A stretch of DNA of 64,000 nucleotides from a virus, in the IMG/VR virus record IMGVR_UViG_3300028043_000001, positions 32,001 to 96,000 of that record; one strand, given 5' to 3'. Positions 1 to 9,255 of this stretch are shown piece by piece. Every line of letters begins with the position of its first letter. Position 1 is the stretch's first letter. The position numbers were made by a program, and so were the translations under genes. The notes under the pieces are model-generated. The model saw only the letters and a program-made list of their open reading frames with translations, made no database searches and was not told the origin of the DNA.

Positions 1-264
1 CCTTTCTGTGGGGCTGAAGATGGGGGTCTGTTGAATTTCGGCTGCGGCACTTATGCTATTACCATTCCTCTTTACGATAAGGAGTGTGAGTGGATACGGC
101 ATGAAGATTGCTACTTGCGCCAAATCGCCCAACTCCAAGGATTGCTTGGGGAGTGCTGGGAATTTTTCTATGCGTATGAAAACAATCTGCCAATTCCATT
201 CAATACATGGCCGAGTGAAATGCTAAAGAAAATCCAAGAGTTCAAGCCAAAGGAGAAGCCATGA
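1..264 (+). CDS. Hypothetical Cys-motif protein, 5'-truncated; paralog of 628..1173
   Basis: Frame is open from base 1 (PFCGAEDGG...FGCGT...EDCYLRQIAQ); the same motifs occur in ORF 628. Confidence 0.6.
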   Translation, partial: PFCGAEDGGLLNFGCGTYAITIPLYDKECEWIRHEDCYLRQIAQLQGLLGECWEFFYAYENNLPIPFNTWPSEMLKKIQEFKPKEKP

Positions 265-635
265 TCGACGGCAACCTTAACCACAAGATGGCCGAGATTA
301 TGGGATGGGAAATCAGAATAAGGGACTATCCACGTCCCGGTCATAATTGGTTATACGATGCTGAGGGAAACGAAGTAATGGCTCTTTATGAGTGGCACCC
401 CTCCACCTACATCGCCCAAGCTATGATGGTGGTGGATAGGCTTATTGATAGATATGAAATGTATGTCACTCTAGTTAGTCACTGGGAAGGCTGTCGCTGG
501 ACTTGCTTCATATTCCCAGATCCTTATTCCGAGGAAGGAAAGGTTAAAGGCAAGAATAAGACTCTTGAAAGAGCTATTTGCCTCGCCGCAGCCGAGGTGT
601 GGGAGAAGATGAAAGGAGGAGTACCTAGTGAGTAA
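261..635 (+). CDS. Phage ABA-sandwich-domain-like protein
   Basis: Pattern AEIMGW...WHPSTYIAQAMMVV...AICLAA; GGAG SD, ATGA overlap. Confidence 0.55.
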   Translation: MIDGNLNHKMAEIMGWEIRIRDYPRPGHNWLYDAEGNEVMALYEWHPSTYIAQAMMVVDRLIDRYEMYVTLVSHWEGCRWTCFIFPDPYSEEGKVKGKNKTLERAICLAAAEVWEKMKGGVPSE

Positions 636-1173
636 AGACGACTTGGGATTGCTAAGGACAGACCCAATTTTAAATGAAATGGCAAAAACAACGAGGGAAG
701 CATGGAAAGAGGTGGGTGGGAGCTGTCCTTTCTGTGGGGCACCCAAAAGAATTTATTCCGACCCATATGACTACCCCTCGGACTTTGATTGCGGAACAAT
801 TTTAAATCTGCGTGGACAGACTAAGCGGGGGGAAGATTGCTATGAGCGACAGATTGCTCAGCAGGCTGAGCGAATCAAAAGCCTTGAAGAACGTCTCTCA
901 CAGTATGAAGGTGAGGACTTTAACGTTGCCACCATTGATGAGCTTAGAGGTACAAGAATAAAACAATGGCGTGAAATAAAAAGCCTAAACGAAAAACTTG
1001 CTGTATGGCGCACCAGCCTTGAGCTAGTCAAGGCTCTTGCAGGTATAAGTGTAACCCACTTAGCGTGGGCAGGATGGCAGGAAAAGATAGCTGAATTTCT
1101 TGAGAACCTTAAAACCGTAGGGGAGGACATGAGCCATGGAACTAAACCCTCGAACAATTCTTACAGCGATTAA
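628..1173 (+). CDS. Hypothetical protein, CPFCG motif plus coiled coil
   Basis: CPFCG...DCGT...DCYERQIAQ followed by heptads; GGAGG SD. Confidence 0.6.
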   Translation: MSKDDLGLLRTDPILNEMAKTTREAWKEVGGSCPFCGAPKRIYSDPYDYPSDFDCGTILNLRGQTKRGEDCYERQIAQQAERIKSLEERLSQYEGEDFNVATIDELRGTRIKQWREIKSLNEKLAVWRTSLELVKALAGISVTHLAWAGWQEKIAEFLENLKTVGEDMSHGTKPSNNSYSD

Positions 1174-2236
1174 GGCCAATGAGGAACAAGTCACAACCCC
1201 TTCTATCATTAGCAACTTACGGCGTGTTGCTAAGTACTTAACTAATGAGTGCCAACTTAAACCCGACGTTGACATCGAAAGTCTTGCCTCACAGTGTAAG
1301 TCAGTAGTAAGCACCGTGAAGCGCTATATTAAGGTTTTTCGGGATGCATTCCTATACGTCACAGAACCTGAAACTCACACAAACCTCGTTGAGAAAGCCC
1401 GTAAAGGTTCTCAAACTGGTGCCGGGATTCTCAGTTTGCTGGGAAGAGACATCACCAGTTTAGAGAAATACGAATCCTTCCAGAGACAGCATCTGCGGCA
1501 ATTTTTACCTAAAGGTAGGGTTGGTAGGCCTCCCAAAGCGAAGCTTGAGGTTAAAAGGAGGGTACCTTTAGTTAAGGTAGCTCCCGTTAGAGAATGGAGA
1601 TCTCTCACTCAAATCGAGGATGAGAATCGAGAGCTGCGCGGCGAAGTCAAGACCCTCAACACAACTCGAAGAAATTTAATGGGAACTATTGAGGACCTCA
1701 AAAGACAGCTTAGCGCTGCACAGGGTAAGGCCTCCCACACACTGGATTTCGAGACTCTTATAAACTCGGGTATTCCTCAACCCCTCAAAGGTGCTGACCT
1801 CGCTGAGCAACTTTCAAGGTTCTTTTCTGAACTGAGCAAGTTTTCAGGACAGTCAGCAAGATGTGTAGAACTTGCAAACAGGCTCCGCGAGCTCAGCCAC
1901 CCAGAACCTGTAATTGATTTACCTTCTACGGCAGTTTGGCAGCAGAAGGGGTGGGCGACGATTGAGCTTTCTGAGGAGGCTATGCGGGAGTTCAAAGCTC
2001 TTAGCCCCACCCAAAAAGAGCTCCTAAGGAATGCCTTAAGGCACCTCTCTTTGGATATAAGACACCCATCGTTGCACACTAAAAAGCCCTACGCCCCAGT
2101 CAGTGGTATCCCTACTGAGGCCTACTACAGCAGAGCGTCAAGCAAAATTCGCTTCTATTGGACCGCTAAAGGAGCCGCAGGGATGTGGGAGGATGTGATT
2201 CTATCTATTCATCGAATCGAAGTGAAGCGAGGCTAA
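1136..2236 (+). CDS. Coiled-coil protein with C-terminal RelE/ParE-like domain
   Basis: C-terminal IELSEEAMREFKAL...RHPSLHTKK...YSRASSKIRFYW fits the RelE/ParE pattern; GRPPK AT-hook-like motif. Confidence 0.55.
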   Translation: MELNPRTILTAIKANEEQVTTPSIISNLRRVAKYLTNECQLKPDVDIESLASQCKSVVSTVKRYIKVFRDAFLYVTEPETHTNLVEKARKGSQTGAGILSLLGRDITSLEKYESFQRQHLRQFLPKGRVGRPPKAKLEVKRRVPLVKVAPVREWRSLTQIEDENRELRGEVKTLNTTRRNLMGTIEDLKRQLSAAQGKASHTLDFETLINSGIPQPLKGADLAEQLSRFFSELSKFSGQSARCVELANRLRELSHPEPVIDLPSTAVWQQKGWATIELSEEAMREFKALSPTQKELLRNALRHLSLDIRHPSLHTKKPYAPVSGIPTEAYYSRASSKIRFYWTAKGAAGMWEDVILSIHRIEVKRG

Positions 2237-2638
2237 ATGTACAAAAAAATTACAGTCTATGCCCGCCTTGAGGAGTTAAGGAGTTATCGACTCACTAGAG
2301 GAGGTGACCACGCTTTTAGAGTGCTCTTTTGTAATACGGATCACTTTAGGTGTCCCTCGTGTAATACCCTCATCGCTTTGAGGGTGTCATATAAACCTAA
2401 CGCAGGTTTTCGGTCATCAGTATGTGCAGAGTGTGGTTCTCGTTATTGCCTACAATTCCTCGAGGACTCGTGCGGCTTATGCCGCCACCGCACTGTCGAT
2501 TGCCTACTTAAAGTTCAGGTCAAATTGGAATTAGTGCACTCCCACTCTCGTCATGAAGGCTTGTATCTCATCTCTCGTGGATTGTGGCCCCTTTCGCGTA
2601 TACAAGAGGAGATCGAAAGAATGAGACAGAGAATTTAA
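2237..2638 (+). CDS. Zinc-finger protein
   Basis: CPSC, CAEC and CGLC pairs. Confidence 0.5.
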   Translation: MYKKITVYARLEELRSYRLTRGGDHAFRVLFCNTDHFRCPSCNTLIALRVSYKPNAGFRSSVCAECGSRYCLQFLEDSCGLCRHRTVDCLLKVQVKLELVHSHSRHEGLYLISRGLWPLSRIQEEIERMRQRI

Positions 2639-2743
2639 GAATGAGGAGTCCGTTTTGGTTTGGCTCTGGAGAGTTTAATGTTAAGTTGATGGAACGCATT
2701 GTAGTATAAACCAAAAAAATTTTTACCCTTGTAGGGACCTCGA

Positions 2744-3016
2744 GTGGAAATTGATACGACAAATATTGTTTATTCGTTAGATGAAGTGTGTTTCATTTTT
2801 CGTATTGGCAAACGGAAGTTGAAAGAATTGATTCGTGAAGGTAAAATTAAAGCAATTTCATTTAGTAAAAGGCATTGGGTTATTCCACGCAGCGAAGTAG
2901 AACGCTGGTTAGGAAGTGATTTACGTTTCGTTGATTTGGCTGGACTTGGCAAGAAACCACCCAAACCTAAACAGAAACGAGATGTGGTAAGGTTTTTGAA
3001 AAGGCGAGTACAATGA
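2744..3016 (+). CDS. Excisionase/MerR-like HTH DNA-binding protein
   Basis: YSLDEVCFIFRI...LIREGKIKA...WVIPRSEVERW. Confidence 0.75.
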   Translation: MEIDTTNIVYSLDEVCFIFRIGKRKLKELIREGKIKAISFSKRHWVIPRSEVERWLGSDLRFVDLAGLGKKPPKPKQKRDVVRFLKRRVQ

Positions 3017-4374
3017 GCAGAATTCACATTGAAAATATTTTTTGCCGTTTTGAGGGAACCCCACCGGAAGAGCTGTTAAAGCTTCTATCTTATGTAGACA
3101 AGCAACGCTCATTTCAGAATTACCACTTTACTGGTACTTACGCCCCAGCTGTCAAAACTCTGTTCTCGCGCAGAAGTAACTCCTTCCCCACCGGCCTTCT
3201 ACCTCTCGTACAAGACAAGTTTCCTGAGTGGGAGTACATTGACAAACGCGAGCAGGAAGAAATCGAATGGCTCCCTTATCCTGAGGAGTTATCTTACAAA
3301 AGTGGTCATCAGCTCGAAGCCGTACGTATTATGCAAGAAAAGAGAAGGGGTACGATTGATGGTGTCACTGCGATGGGGAAAACCTTCATTGAAGCTGGCT
3401 TCGCCGCAATTTTTCCTGCTAACACGCTTATCCTTTGTCATCGACGCGAGATCTTCAATACAATTGTCGATCGATGTCAAACCCTTTGTGGAGACGACAA
3501 CGTGGGAATTATCGCGAGTGGCAAGACTAAAATCGCTCGTGTGGTGGTGGGGATGGTTGGAAGTGTGGCATCTCGAATTCGCCAACTAACCAAGTACCTG
3601 AATAGCGTGGAAGCTATTCTTGTTGATGAAGCTCACCATATTAGTATGGGGTCACAATATGCGAAAATCTTGGCAAAATGTGGACGTGCAAGTTTTCGTT
3701 TTGGTCTTACCGGAACACCATACCGCGAGTCTGGCGATACTATTGCGATATTTGCTTTTACTGGGCCGGTTATCTACTCCTACCAGTATGAGGTCGCTCT
3801 TGCAGATGACGTTGTGGTGCCCATTGAAGTCTACGTAAGCCCAGTCAACTCTATAATCCGAGACATGCCATTACTAGAAAACTTTAGGCATGTTTATGAG
3901 AGTGGCATTGTTAGGAATGGGCAACGAAACGACATGATAGTCAAAATCGCACGGAGGCTTTACGAAAAAGGTGAAAACGTGCTTATCCTTGTGTGGCGTA
4001 AAGTCCATGGCAGAATCATTAGTAAAATGCTCGAAGACGTCCCTCATTGTTATCTTCATGGGGATTCAAGAGATAGGGATATCGAGCGATCCCGCTTTGA
4101 GAACGGCGATAATTCTGTTCTTATCGCTTCCTCTATTTATGACGAAGGTACTGATATCACCAACGTCAGGAATATCATTGTAGCTTCGGCATTCAAGTCC
4201 TTACGCATTACTGCACAGCGCGTCGGCAGAGGCATGCGTCCGCATGAGGGGAAGGCAGTGTGCCGGGTTTTTGATTTCATGGACTTATCCCATGATACTT
4301 TACTCAAGCATTCAAGAAAACGTTTAGGTTACTATAAGAAAATGAAATTTACTATTAAGGAGCTTGTGATTTAG
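3013..4374 (+). CDS. Superfamily 2 DEAH helicase (UvsW-like)
   Basis: TAMGKT, DEAHH, TGT and QRVGRGMR motifs. Confidence 0.9.
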   Translation: MSRIHIENIFCRFEGTPPEELLKLLSYVDKQRSFQNYHFTGTYAPAVKTLFSRRSNSFPTGLLPLVQDKFPEWEYIDKREQEEIEWLPYPEELSYKSGHQLEAVRIMQEKRRGTIDGVTAMGKTFIEAGFAAIFPANTLILCHRREIFNTIVDRCQTLCGDDNVGIIASGKTKIARVVVGMVGSVASRIRQLTKYLNSVEAILVDEAHHISMGSQYAKILAKCGRASFRFGLTGTPYRESGDTIAIFAFTGPVIYSYQYEVALADDVVVPIEVYVSPVNSIIRDMPLLENFRHVYESGIVRNGQRNDMIVKIARRLYEKGENVLILVWRKVHGRIISKMLEDVPHCYLHGDSRDRDIERSRFENGDNSVLIASSIYDEGTDITNVRNIIVASAFKSLRITAQRVGRGMRPHEGKAVCRVFDFMDLSHDTLLKHSRKRLGYYKKMKFTIKELVI

Positions 4375-4455
4375 TAGTTGTCAAGTCCCTAAACCTTTAA
4401 AAAACACATACAACTGTGATTGTAATTCAAATAATCTGTCAACTTTAGAGGTAAT

Positions 4456-5445
4456 ATGAGCAGAGAAGACATTATAAAACGGTTTGGCAAGATACTTGCA
4501 GAGCATGGCCCTCTGCTTTCCACTGAATACGATAGGCTAGACATTCCCGACAAACCTTCGAGGAGGCTTTTGTTCGCTCATTGTGGGTCGTGGCAAAATG
4601 CGGTTAAGGAAGCAACACAGACTTGCAACTTAAAACTTGAGCCCCGAGAAGTTGAGTCCTCCCCCCATCCCGAAGTCTTGCGGCTGATGCAGCAAGTTGA
4701 GGATCTCAAGAAATCCTTACAAACATCGAAGTTACACTTGCATGGCACCGAGTTTAAGTTTGGGGTTATTTCTGATACTCATATCGGCAGCTTGTTTTGT
4801 GATTATGGTTTGCTCGATGTCGCTTATGAGACTTTCGCTGCTAGGGATGTTAAAATTGTACTCCATGCTGGAGATCTTTTGGATGGTCAAAAAGTTTATA
4901 AGGGGCACGACTTTGAAGTTGAGACCTCTGGAGCCGACAGCCAAATCAATTTGTGTGTGGACAGATATCCTCGTCATGATGGGATAACTACCTATTTTAT
5001 CAATGGTAACCACGACCGCTCTTTTTGGAAAAGATCAGGGATCGACGTGGGTCCCAAAATTACTACGAAGCGTCCCGACATTGTTTATCTGGGTTATCAG
5101 GAAGAAGATATCACCCTTGGGGACGAGCCTCAGAATGTCGTGGTTAGGTTGTTTCACCCGGAGGGCTCAGGGTCGGCTTATGCACTGTCCTACTTAGCCC
5201 AACGTTATGTCTCAGAACTATCCAACGTTAACAAACCTCACCTTCTCATTCATGGCCACACCCACAAGTTCAATTACATGTATTACCAGAATGTTTTCAT
5301 TTTACAAGCTGGTGCTTTGCAGAAACAGACACCCTTTATGAGAGGCAGAAAACTAGCCAGCCATCAAGGTTTTTCAATCGTCGATCTCGTCGTGACGAAA
5401 AAGGGTGTTGCAAGCATGAAGGTCGAATTTTTTCCGTGTTATTAA
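4456..5445 (+). CDS. Calcineurin-like metallophosphoesterase with N-terminal homing-endonuclease-associated repeat
   Basis: DTH, GDLLDG, GNHD, GHTH motifs; N-terminal PS...GSWQNA pattern. Confidence 0.8.
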   Translation: MSREDIIKRFGKILAEHGPLLSTEYDRLDIPDKPSRRLLFAHCGSWQNAVKEATQTCNLKLEPREVESSPHPEVLRLMQQVEDLKKSLQTSKLHLHGTEFKFGVISDTHIGSLFCDYGLLDVAYETFAARDVKIVLHAGDLLDGQKVYKGHDFEVETSGADSQINLCVDRYPRHDGITTYFINGNHDRSFWKRSGIDVGPKITTKRPDIVYLGYQEEDITLGDEPQNVVVRLFHPEGSGSAYALSYLAQRYVSELSNVNKPHLLIHGHTHKFNYMYYQNVFILQAGALQKQTPFMRGRKLASHQGFSIVDLVVTKKGVASMKVEFFPCY

Positions 5446-5503
5446 GAGGTTAGCCAAAACTCTTCTTCACATAGAGCAGCTTGCCCAAACGGGACAAATT
5501 GGA

Positions 5504-5965
5504 TTGTGGGGAGGGAGTTTGTTGGAGTACATAGTTCGTGACTGCAGCAACTGCGGGGGGTGGTGTTGTCGTTGCCTTGTTACGGCTGGGGAGTATCAGC
5601 CTTTTTGGAATTCTGTAACCCCACAGCAGGTTTCATTTTATAATCCGTGGCTACCAAGTAGCGTCGATCTCGAGAAGCATCAGTGGGCGACATGCCGTTT
5701 ATTGACAAGCCGGGGGATTTGCATTGATTACGCTGATCGTCCCAACTATTGCCGAAGTTTTCCTAATTTTGAATTGTTCTTGGAGGAGTATTTGAGTGGC
5801 CTTGCATTCTTTTACTGTCCATGGTGCTACTATCGGGCCGTAATTTTGGAGATGCAAGGTATTCCTTTTTTATTTTGTGAAACTGGTGATGAATGTCTCG
5901 AGCGTTACCTGCAAGACTTCAAAGATGACCCGACGTTAGCACAACAGTTTTTAGGCCCGTTTTAG
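5504..5965 (+). CDS. YkgJ/CxxCxxCC-family cysteine-cluster protein
   Basis: CSNCGGWCC...C...CIDYADRPNYCRSFP. Confidence 0.7.
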   Translation: MWGGSLLEYIVRDCSNCGGWCCRCLVTAGEYQPFWNSVTPQQVSFYNPWLPSSVDLEKHQWATCRLLTSRGICIDYADRPNYCRSFPNFELFLEEYLSGLAFFYCPWCYYRAVILEMQGIPFLFCETGDECLERYLQDFKDDPTLAQQFLGPF

Positions 5966-5978
5966 TTTTGAGGCTGAA

Positions 5979-6365
5979 TTGAAAGTTGAGTTTGTCTCTT
6001 TAGCTGAACTCGATGAATTTATTGGCTGGGATAATTCTGCCAACGCCCCCGAATTTGTTTTCTTAGTTGAGTATCAACATGCTTGGAAGGAGTTCTTCAA
6101 TGCTTATATGTGCCCCATCCAAGTTAAACCACAATCCTTTGAGAGTTCAAAAAATTTTTGTCAGCGAGTTGGCCTTCCTTTTAGGTGGTTTTTAAGGTGG
6201 AGTATTCAAATTCTTGAACACTTCCCCCGACCTTGGGAGCTCAACCTCCATTGGCTACAAGCAGAAGTTGAGCAGATTTGGCTCGACGCCCAAAACGTAA
6301 AAGTTCTTAAAGGGGTTGACCCATCATGGCAACTGCCGAAGATACTCAAAGCTCATCACTTTTAA
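5979..6365 (+). CDS. Hypothetical protein
   Basis: ORF fills the gap before the helicase; GAGG SD. Confidence 0.5.
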   Translation: MKVEFVSLAELDEFIGWDNSANAPEFVFLVEYQHAWKEFFNAYMCPIQVKPQSFESSKNFCQRVGLPFRWFLRWSIQILEHFPRPWELNLHWLQAEVEQIWLDAQNVKVLKGVDPSWQLPKILKAHHF

Positions 6366-7606
6366 TTTCAGACGCCCTAATTGTGAGTGCGTCGATTCAC
6401 CCTTCGCTTGCGGCACAAATTTTGCCCAAGTTTAGTGCCGCGTGGGTAAACACGCCCGAGCTTCGTCTTGTTTTTCAAAACGCTCAAGCATTCTTCACGA
6501 AGTTTCGTACACCTCCAACCCCTGAGAGTCTTTTAGAGTTTATCCGTTTAGAAGGAAAAGTTTCGGAGATTCAAATTGAAAAACTTGAAACTTTTATTCG
6601 AAATCTGCCCACGATTACCCAACCTGACTTCTTTGCTTATCAACTGGAGAAGGTTCTACAAAGTAAGGTTTTGCAAAAGGTAATTCGTGATGCCGCAGTT
6701 CTTCACCAACAAGGACAGTACGATGACATTTTTCGTTTGTTTCAAAGGGCACGAACTGACGTATCCCTTCGGCACGAAAATGCAGGATCTTTTTGGGATG
6801 ACTGGGAGCTCCGTGATATTTCTCTGCTCGGAGAACCCAACCCAACAGGTTTTCCCTCTCTGGACTCACTACTCAAGGGTGGTATTTTTCCCAAAGAAAT
6901 GATGTTGGTAATAGGAGCGAAGTCAGCTGGCAAGTCCTGGTTTGCCTCCTGGGTCGCAAAGTCTGCCTTGTTTTTCAATAAATTTTACGTAGTGGTAACT
7001 ATGGAGATGTCACGTACCGATCTCCTGAAGCGTATTGATTGTGCAATTACAAACTTTGATTTCGATTTATACCATGAGAGACGCGACGCGATTCGTGACA
7101 TTATTATGTCCAAGAGAGAAGAACTGCAGGGTAATGTTTACATCGTTGAGTATCCTTCTGGGTTTCCTACCGTGTCAATCATCGAAAATGAAGTGTTGGA
7201 TATTGAGCAAAGGGTGGGACGCAAAGTCGACTGCGTGCTAATCGATTATCTTGACCTCATGAGAGGTACAGTAGTAGGGGATGGTGAAGAAGCCCGCCGA
7301 TTCGGACTTATTGCGGCTGCTGTAGAGATTCGTGGCATGTGTAGTCGAAATCAATGTAGCGCAATTGTGCTTAAACAGTCCAATGCTTTAGGGAAGAAGA
7401 GGCCATTTATAGAGGCGGAAAATTCCGCTGAAGCGTATGGCGCTGCGTGGGCCCCCGATTTTATCGTTTCAATAAATGAAGTTATCAACCGCCCTGATTT
7501 AAGGCGTTTGTATGTGGCAGATTCGAGACGCACAATGAAAAAGGTAGCCATTCCCTACCACGTCGACTTTAGTAGGGCTCAGTGGACCGAGCATGGAGGT
7601 TTCTAA
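6326..7606 (+). CDS. Replicative DnaB-like (gp41-type) helicase
   Basis: PTGFPSLD, Walker A GAKSAGKS, TMEMS, IDYLDL. Confidence 0.88.
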   Translation: MATAEDTQSSSLLISDALIVSASIHPSLAAQILPKFSAAWVNTPELRLVFQNAQAFFTKFRTPPTPESLLEFIRLEGKVSEIQIEKLETFIRNLPTITQPDFFAYQLEKVLQSKVLQKVIRDAAVLHQQGQYDDIFRLFQRARTDVSLRHENAGSFWDDWELRDISLLGEPNPTGFPSLDSLLKGGIFPKEMMLVIGAKSAGKSWFASWVAKSALFFNKFYVVVTMEMSRTDLLKRIDCAITNFDFDLYHERRDAIRDIIMSKREELQGNVYIVEYPSGFPTVSIIENEVLDIEQRVGRKVDCVLIDYLDLMRGTVVGDGEEARRFGLIAAAVEIRGMCSRNQCSAIVLKQSNALGKKRPFIEAENSAEAYGAAWAPDFIVSINEVINRPDLRRLYVADSRRTMKKVAIPYHVDFSRAQWTEHGGF

Positions 7607-7685
7607 AAAAGCAATGGCAACCATTAAAATTTGTGACTGTTGTGATTAAAGAGCGGATCGTGTAGCAAAAAAAAAAAGAGAAAAA

Positions 7686-8522
7686 ATGAAGTACCCTTAC
7701 TTAACCACTGGCTCCGAAGAGCTTCGTTTTTGTTGTCCAAAGTGTGGTGATACTAAATATCACCTTTACTACAATCCCCACAAAGCGGAAGGAGGGGGCC
7801 TTTATCATTGTTTTCGCTGCAATTACTCTGGTAGGGGATTTCCTCTTGAACTTTCATCCCTGTCTTTGCCCCCAATTCCGCAAACCTATCAGGAGAAGAA
7901 AAAGCAACGAGCCTTTTCGTGGCACCCTATTTCCGCACACCCCCAAAGTGTTATGGAGGCTGTTGCACTTGATTACTTACAAAATACTCGACATTTATCA
8001 ATTGAAACTATTCAAGACTACCAACTCAGTTGGAGTCCTGAATTACCTCTTACAATAGTTTTTCCAATCATAATGAATGGTGAACCTCAAGCACTACAGG
8101 TTAGACACTTAACCAAGTCTTTTGCAAAGTACGTTTTCCACCCCGCGAAACCTGGTGACGATCTCAAGAAGAAGGTTTTGCTGTATAATTTCGACAAGGT
8201 AAAAGAAGGAGTGAGTACTCTTTATGTAGTTGAAGGTATTTTTGACGTCCTATGTTCCGATTCTAGTTGCACAGTTTGTACATTTGGCAAGAGGGTATCA
8301 CTTGAACAAGCCGAGCTACTTCGTTCGATCCCTAAAAAGAAGTTAGTTTTGGCATATGACACCGATGTCAAATTAAAGGAGCTTCGCCTTTCGGTGGAAA
8401 GGCTTGAAGCGTTCGAGCCGGTTTATATCAAGAAACTCCCTAGAGGTCAAGACCCCGCAGACCTCGGCCCAGAATTTATAGGACAACCCGAGTTCGAGTT
8501 CTTCGAATTTATCTCAAGCTGA
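7686..8522 (+). CDS. DNA primase (Zn ribbon plus TOPRIM)
   Basis: CPKC...HCFRC; VVEGIFD; YDTD; DPAD. Confidence 0.88.
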   Translation: MKYPYLTTGSEELRFCCPKCGDTKYHLYYNPHKAEGGGLYHCFRCNYSGRGFPLELSSLSLPPIPQTYQEKKKQRAFSWHPISAHPQSVMEAVALDYLQNTRHLSIETIQDYQLSWSPELPLTIVFPIIMNGEPQALQVRHLTKSFAKYVFHPAKPGDDLKKKVLLYNFDKVKEGVSTLYVVEGIFDVLCSDSSCTVCTFGKRVSLEQAELLRSIPKKKLVLAYDTDVKLKELRLSVERLEAFEPVYIKKLPRGQDPADLGPEFIGQPEFEFFEFISS

Positions 8523-8535
8523 AAGGAGTTGTACC

Positions 8536-9255
8536 ATGCTCACAAAAATTGCTTTAGAAACTCCCCTTTCTTGTCCTGACTTGGGGTTTAGGTATGGTGA
8601 CTATTTGTTCGTTTTGGGTCATCTTTGGTCAAACCCAGTCTACCGAGAAGCTGTGCTTTATTGGCAGCGGACTGGAAAGCCAGTTTACCTTGATAACTCA
8701 GCGTTTGAGCTTTCGACCTCAATCTCAAACACCGATTATTTCCAAGTCATTGGGGAGCTACGCCCAGACATAATTGTCGTTCCCGACGCAGTGGGTCAGT
8801 TTAAGGAGACTGTGAGGTTAGCCCGCTCCTTTTTTACTGAAATTTCAGGATCTGCTTTTATGCGGCACCGTTTTATGATAGTCCCCCAAGGCAAAGATAA
8901 CCGAGAAAGGATGAAGTGCTATCACGCATTAAAAGGAATGGGGTTTCCTTTTCACATGATTGGGTTACCTAGACATGCTTACCCTTACAGGGTGGAGCTT
9001 CTCTACAATCTAATGAAGTTTACTAATAAGTCCAACATGCTTTTCCACTTCCTGGGAGTTCCCGACCCTAAGGAGCTGAATGGTATTTCTCCACTGTTGC
9101 ATTCTTTAGATACGTCGTGGGTGGCAAAAGATGCGATTGGTAAAGGGGGCTTTGATTCCCTTAACTTTGAGGCTGATGAGGTTGAGGAGAGTGCTTTCTT
9201 GTCGTCGCTAGAGAAGCTGGTTAATGCCTTGCAAGAAGGAGATGAAGGTGAGTGA
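8536..9255 (+). CDS. dpdA: DpdA-like 7-deazaguanine DNA transglycosylase (TGT fold)
   Basis: LDNSAFE, PD, VPQG, HFLG, SLDTS match TGT-fold motifs; queC, queD and folE2 are in the window. Confidence 0.7.
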   Translation: MLTKIALETPLSCPDLGFRYGDYLFVLGHLWSNPVYREAVLYWQRTGKPVYLDNSAFELSTSISNTDYFQVIGELRPDIIVVPDAVGQFKETVRLARSFFTEISGSAFMRHRFMIVPQGKDNRERMKCYHALKGMGFPFHMIGLPRHAYPYRVELLYNLMKFTNKSNMLFHFLGVPDPKELNGISPLLHSLDTSWVAKDAIGKGGFDSLNFEADEVEESAFLSSLEKLVNALQEGDEGE

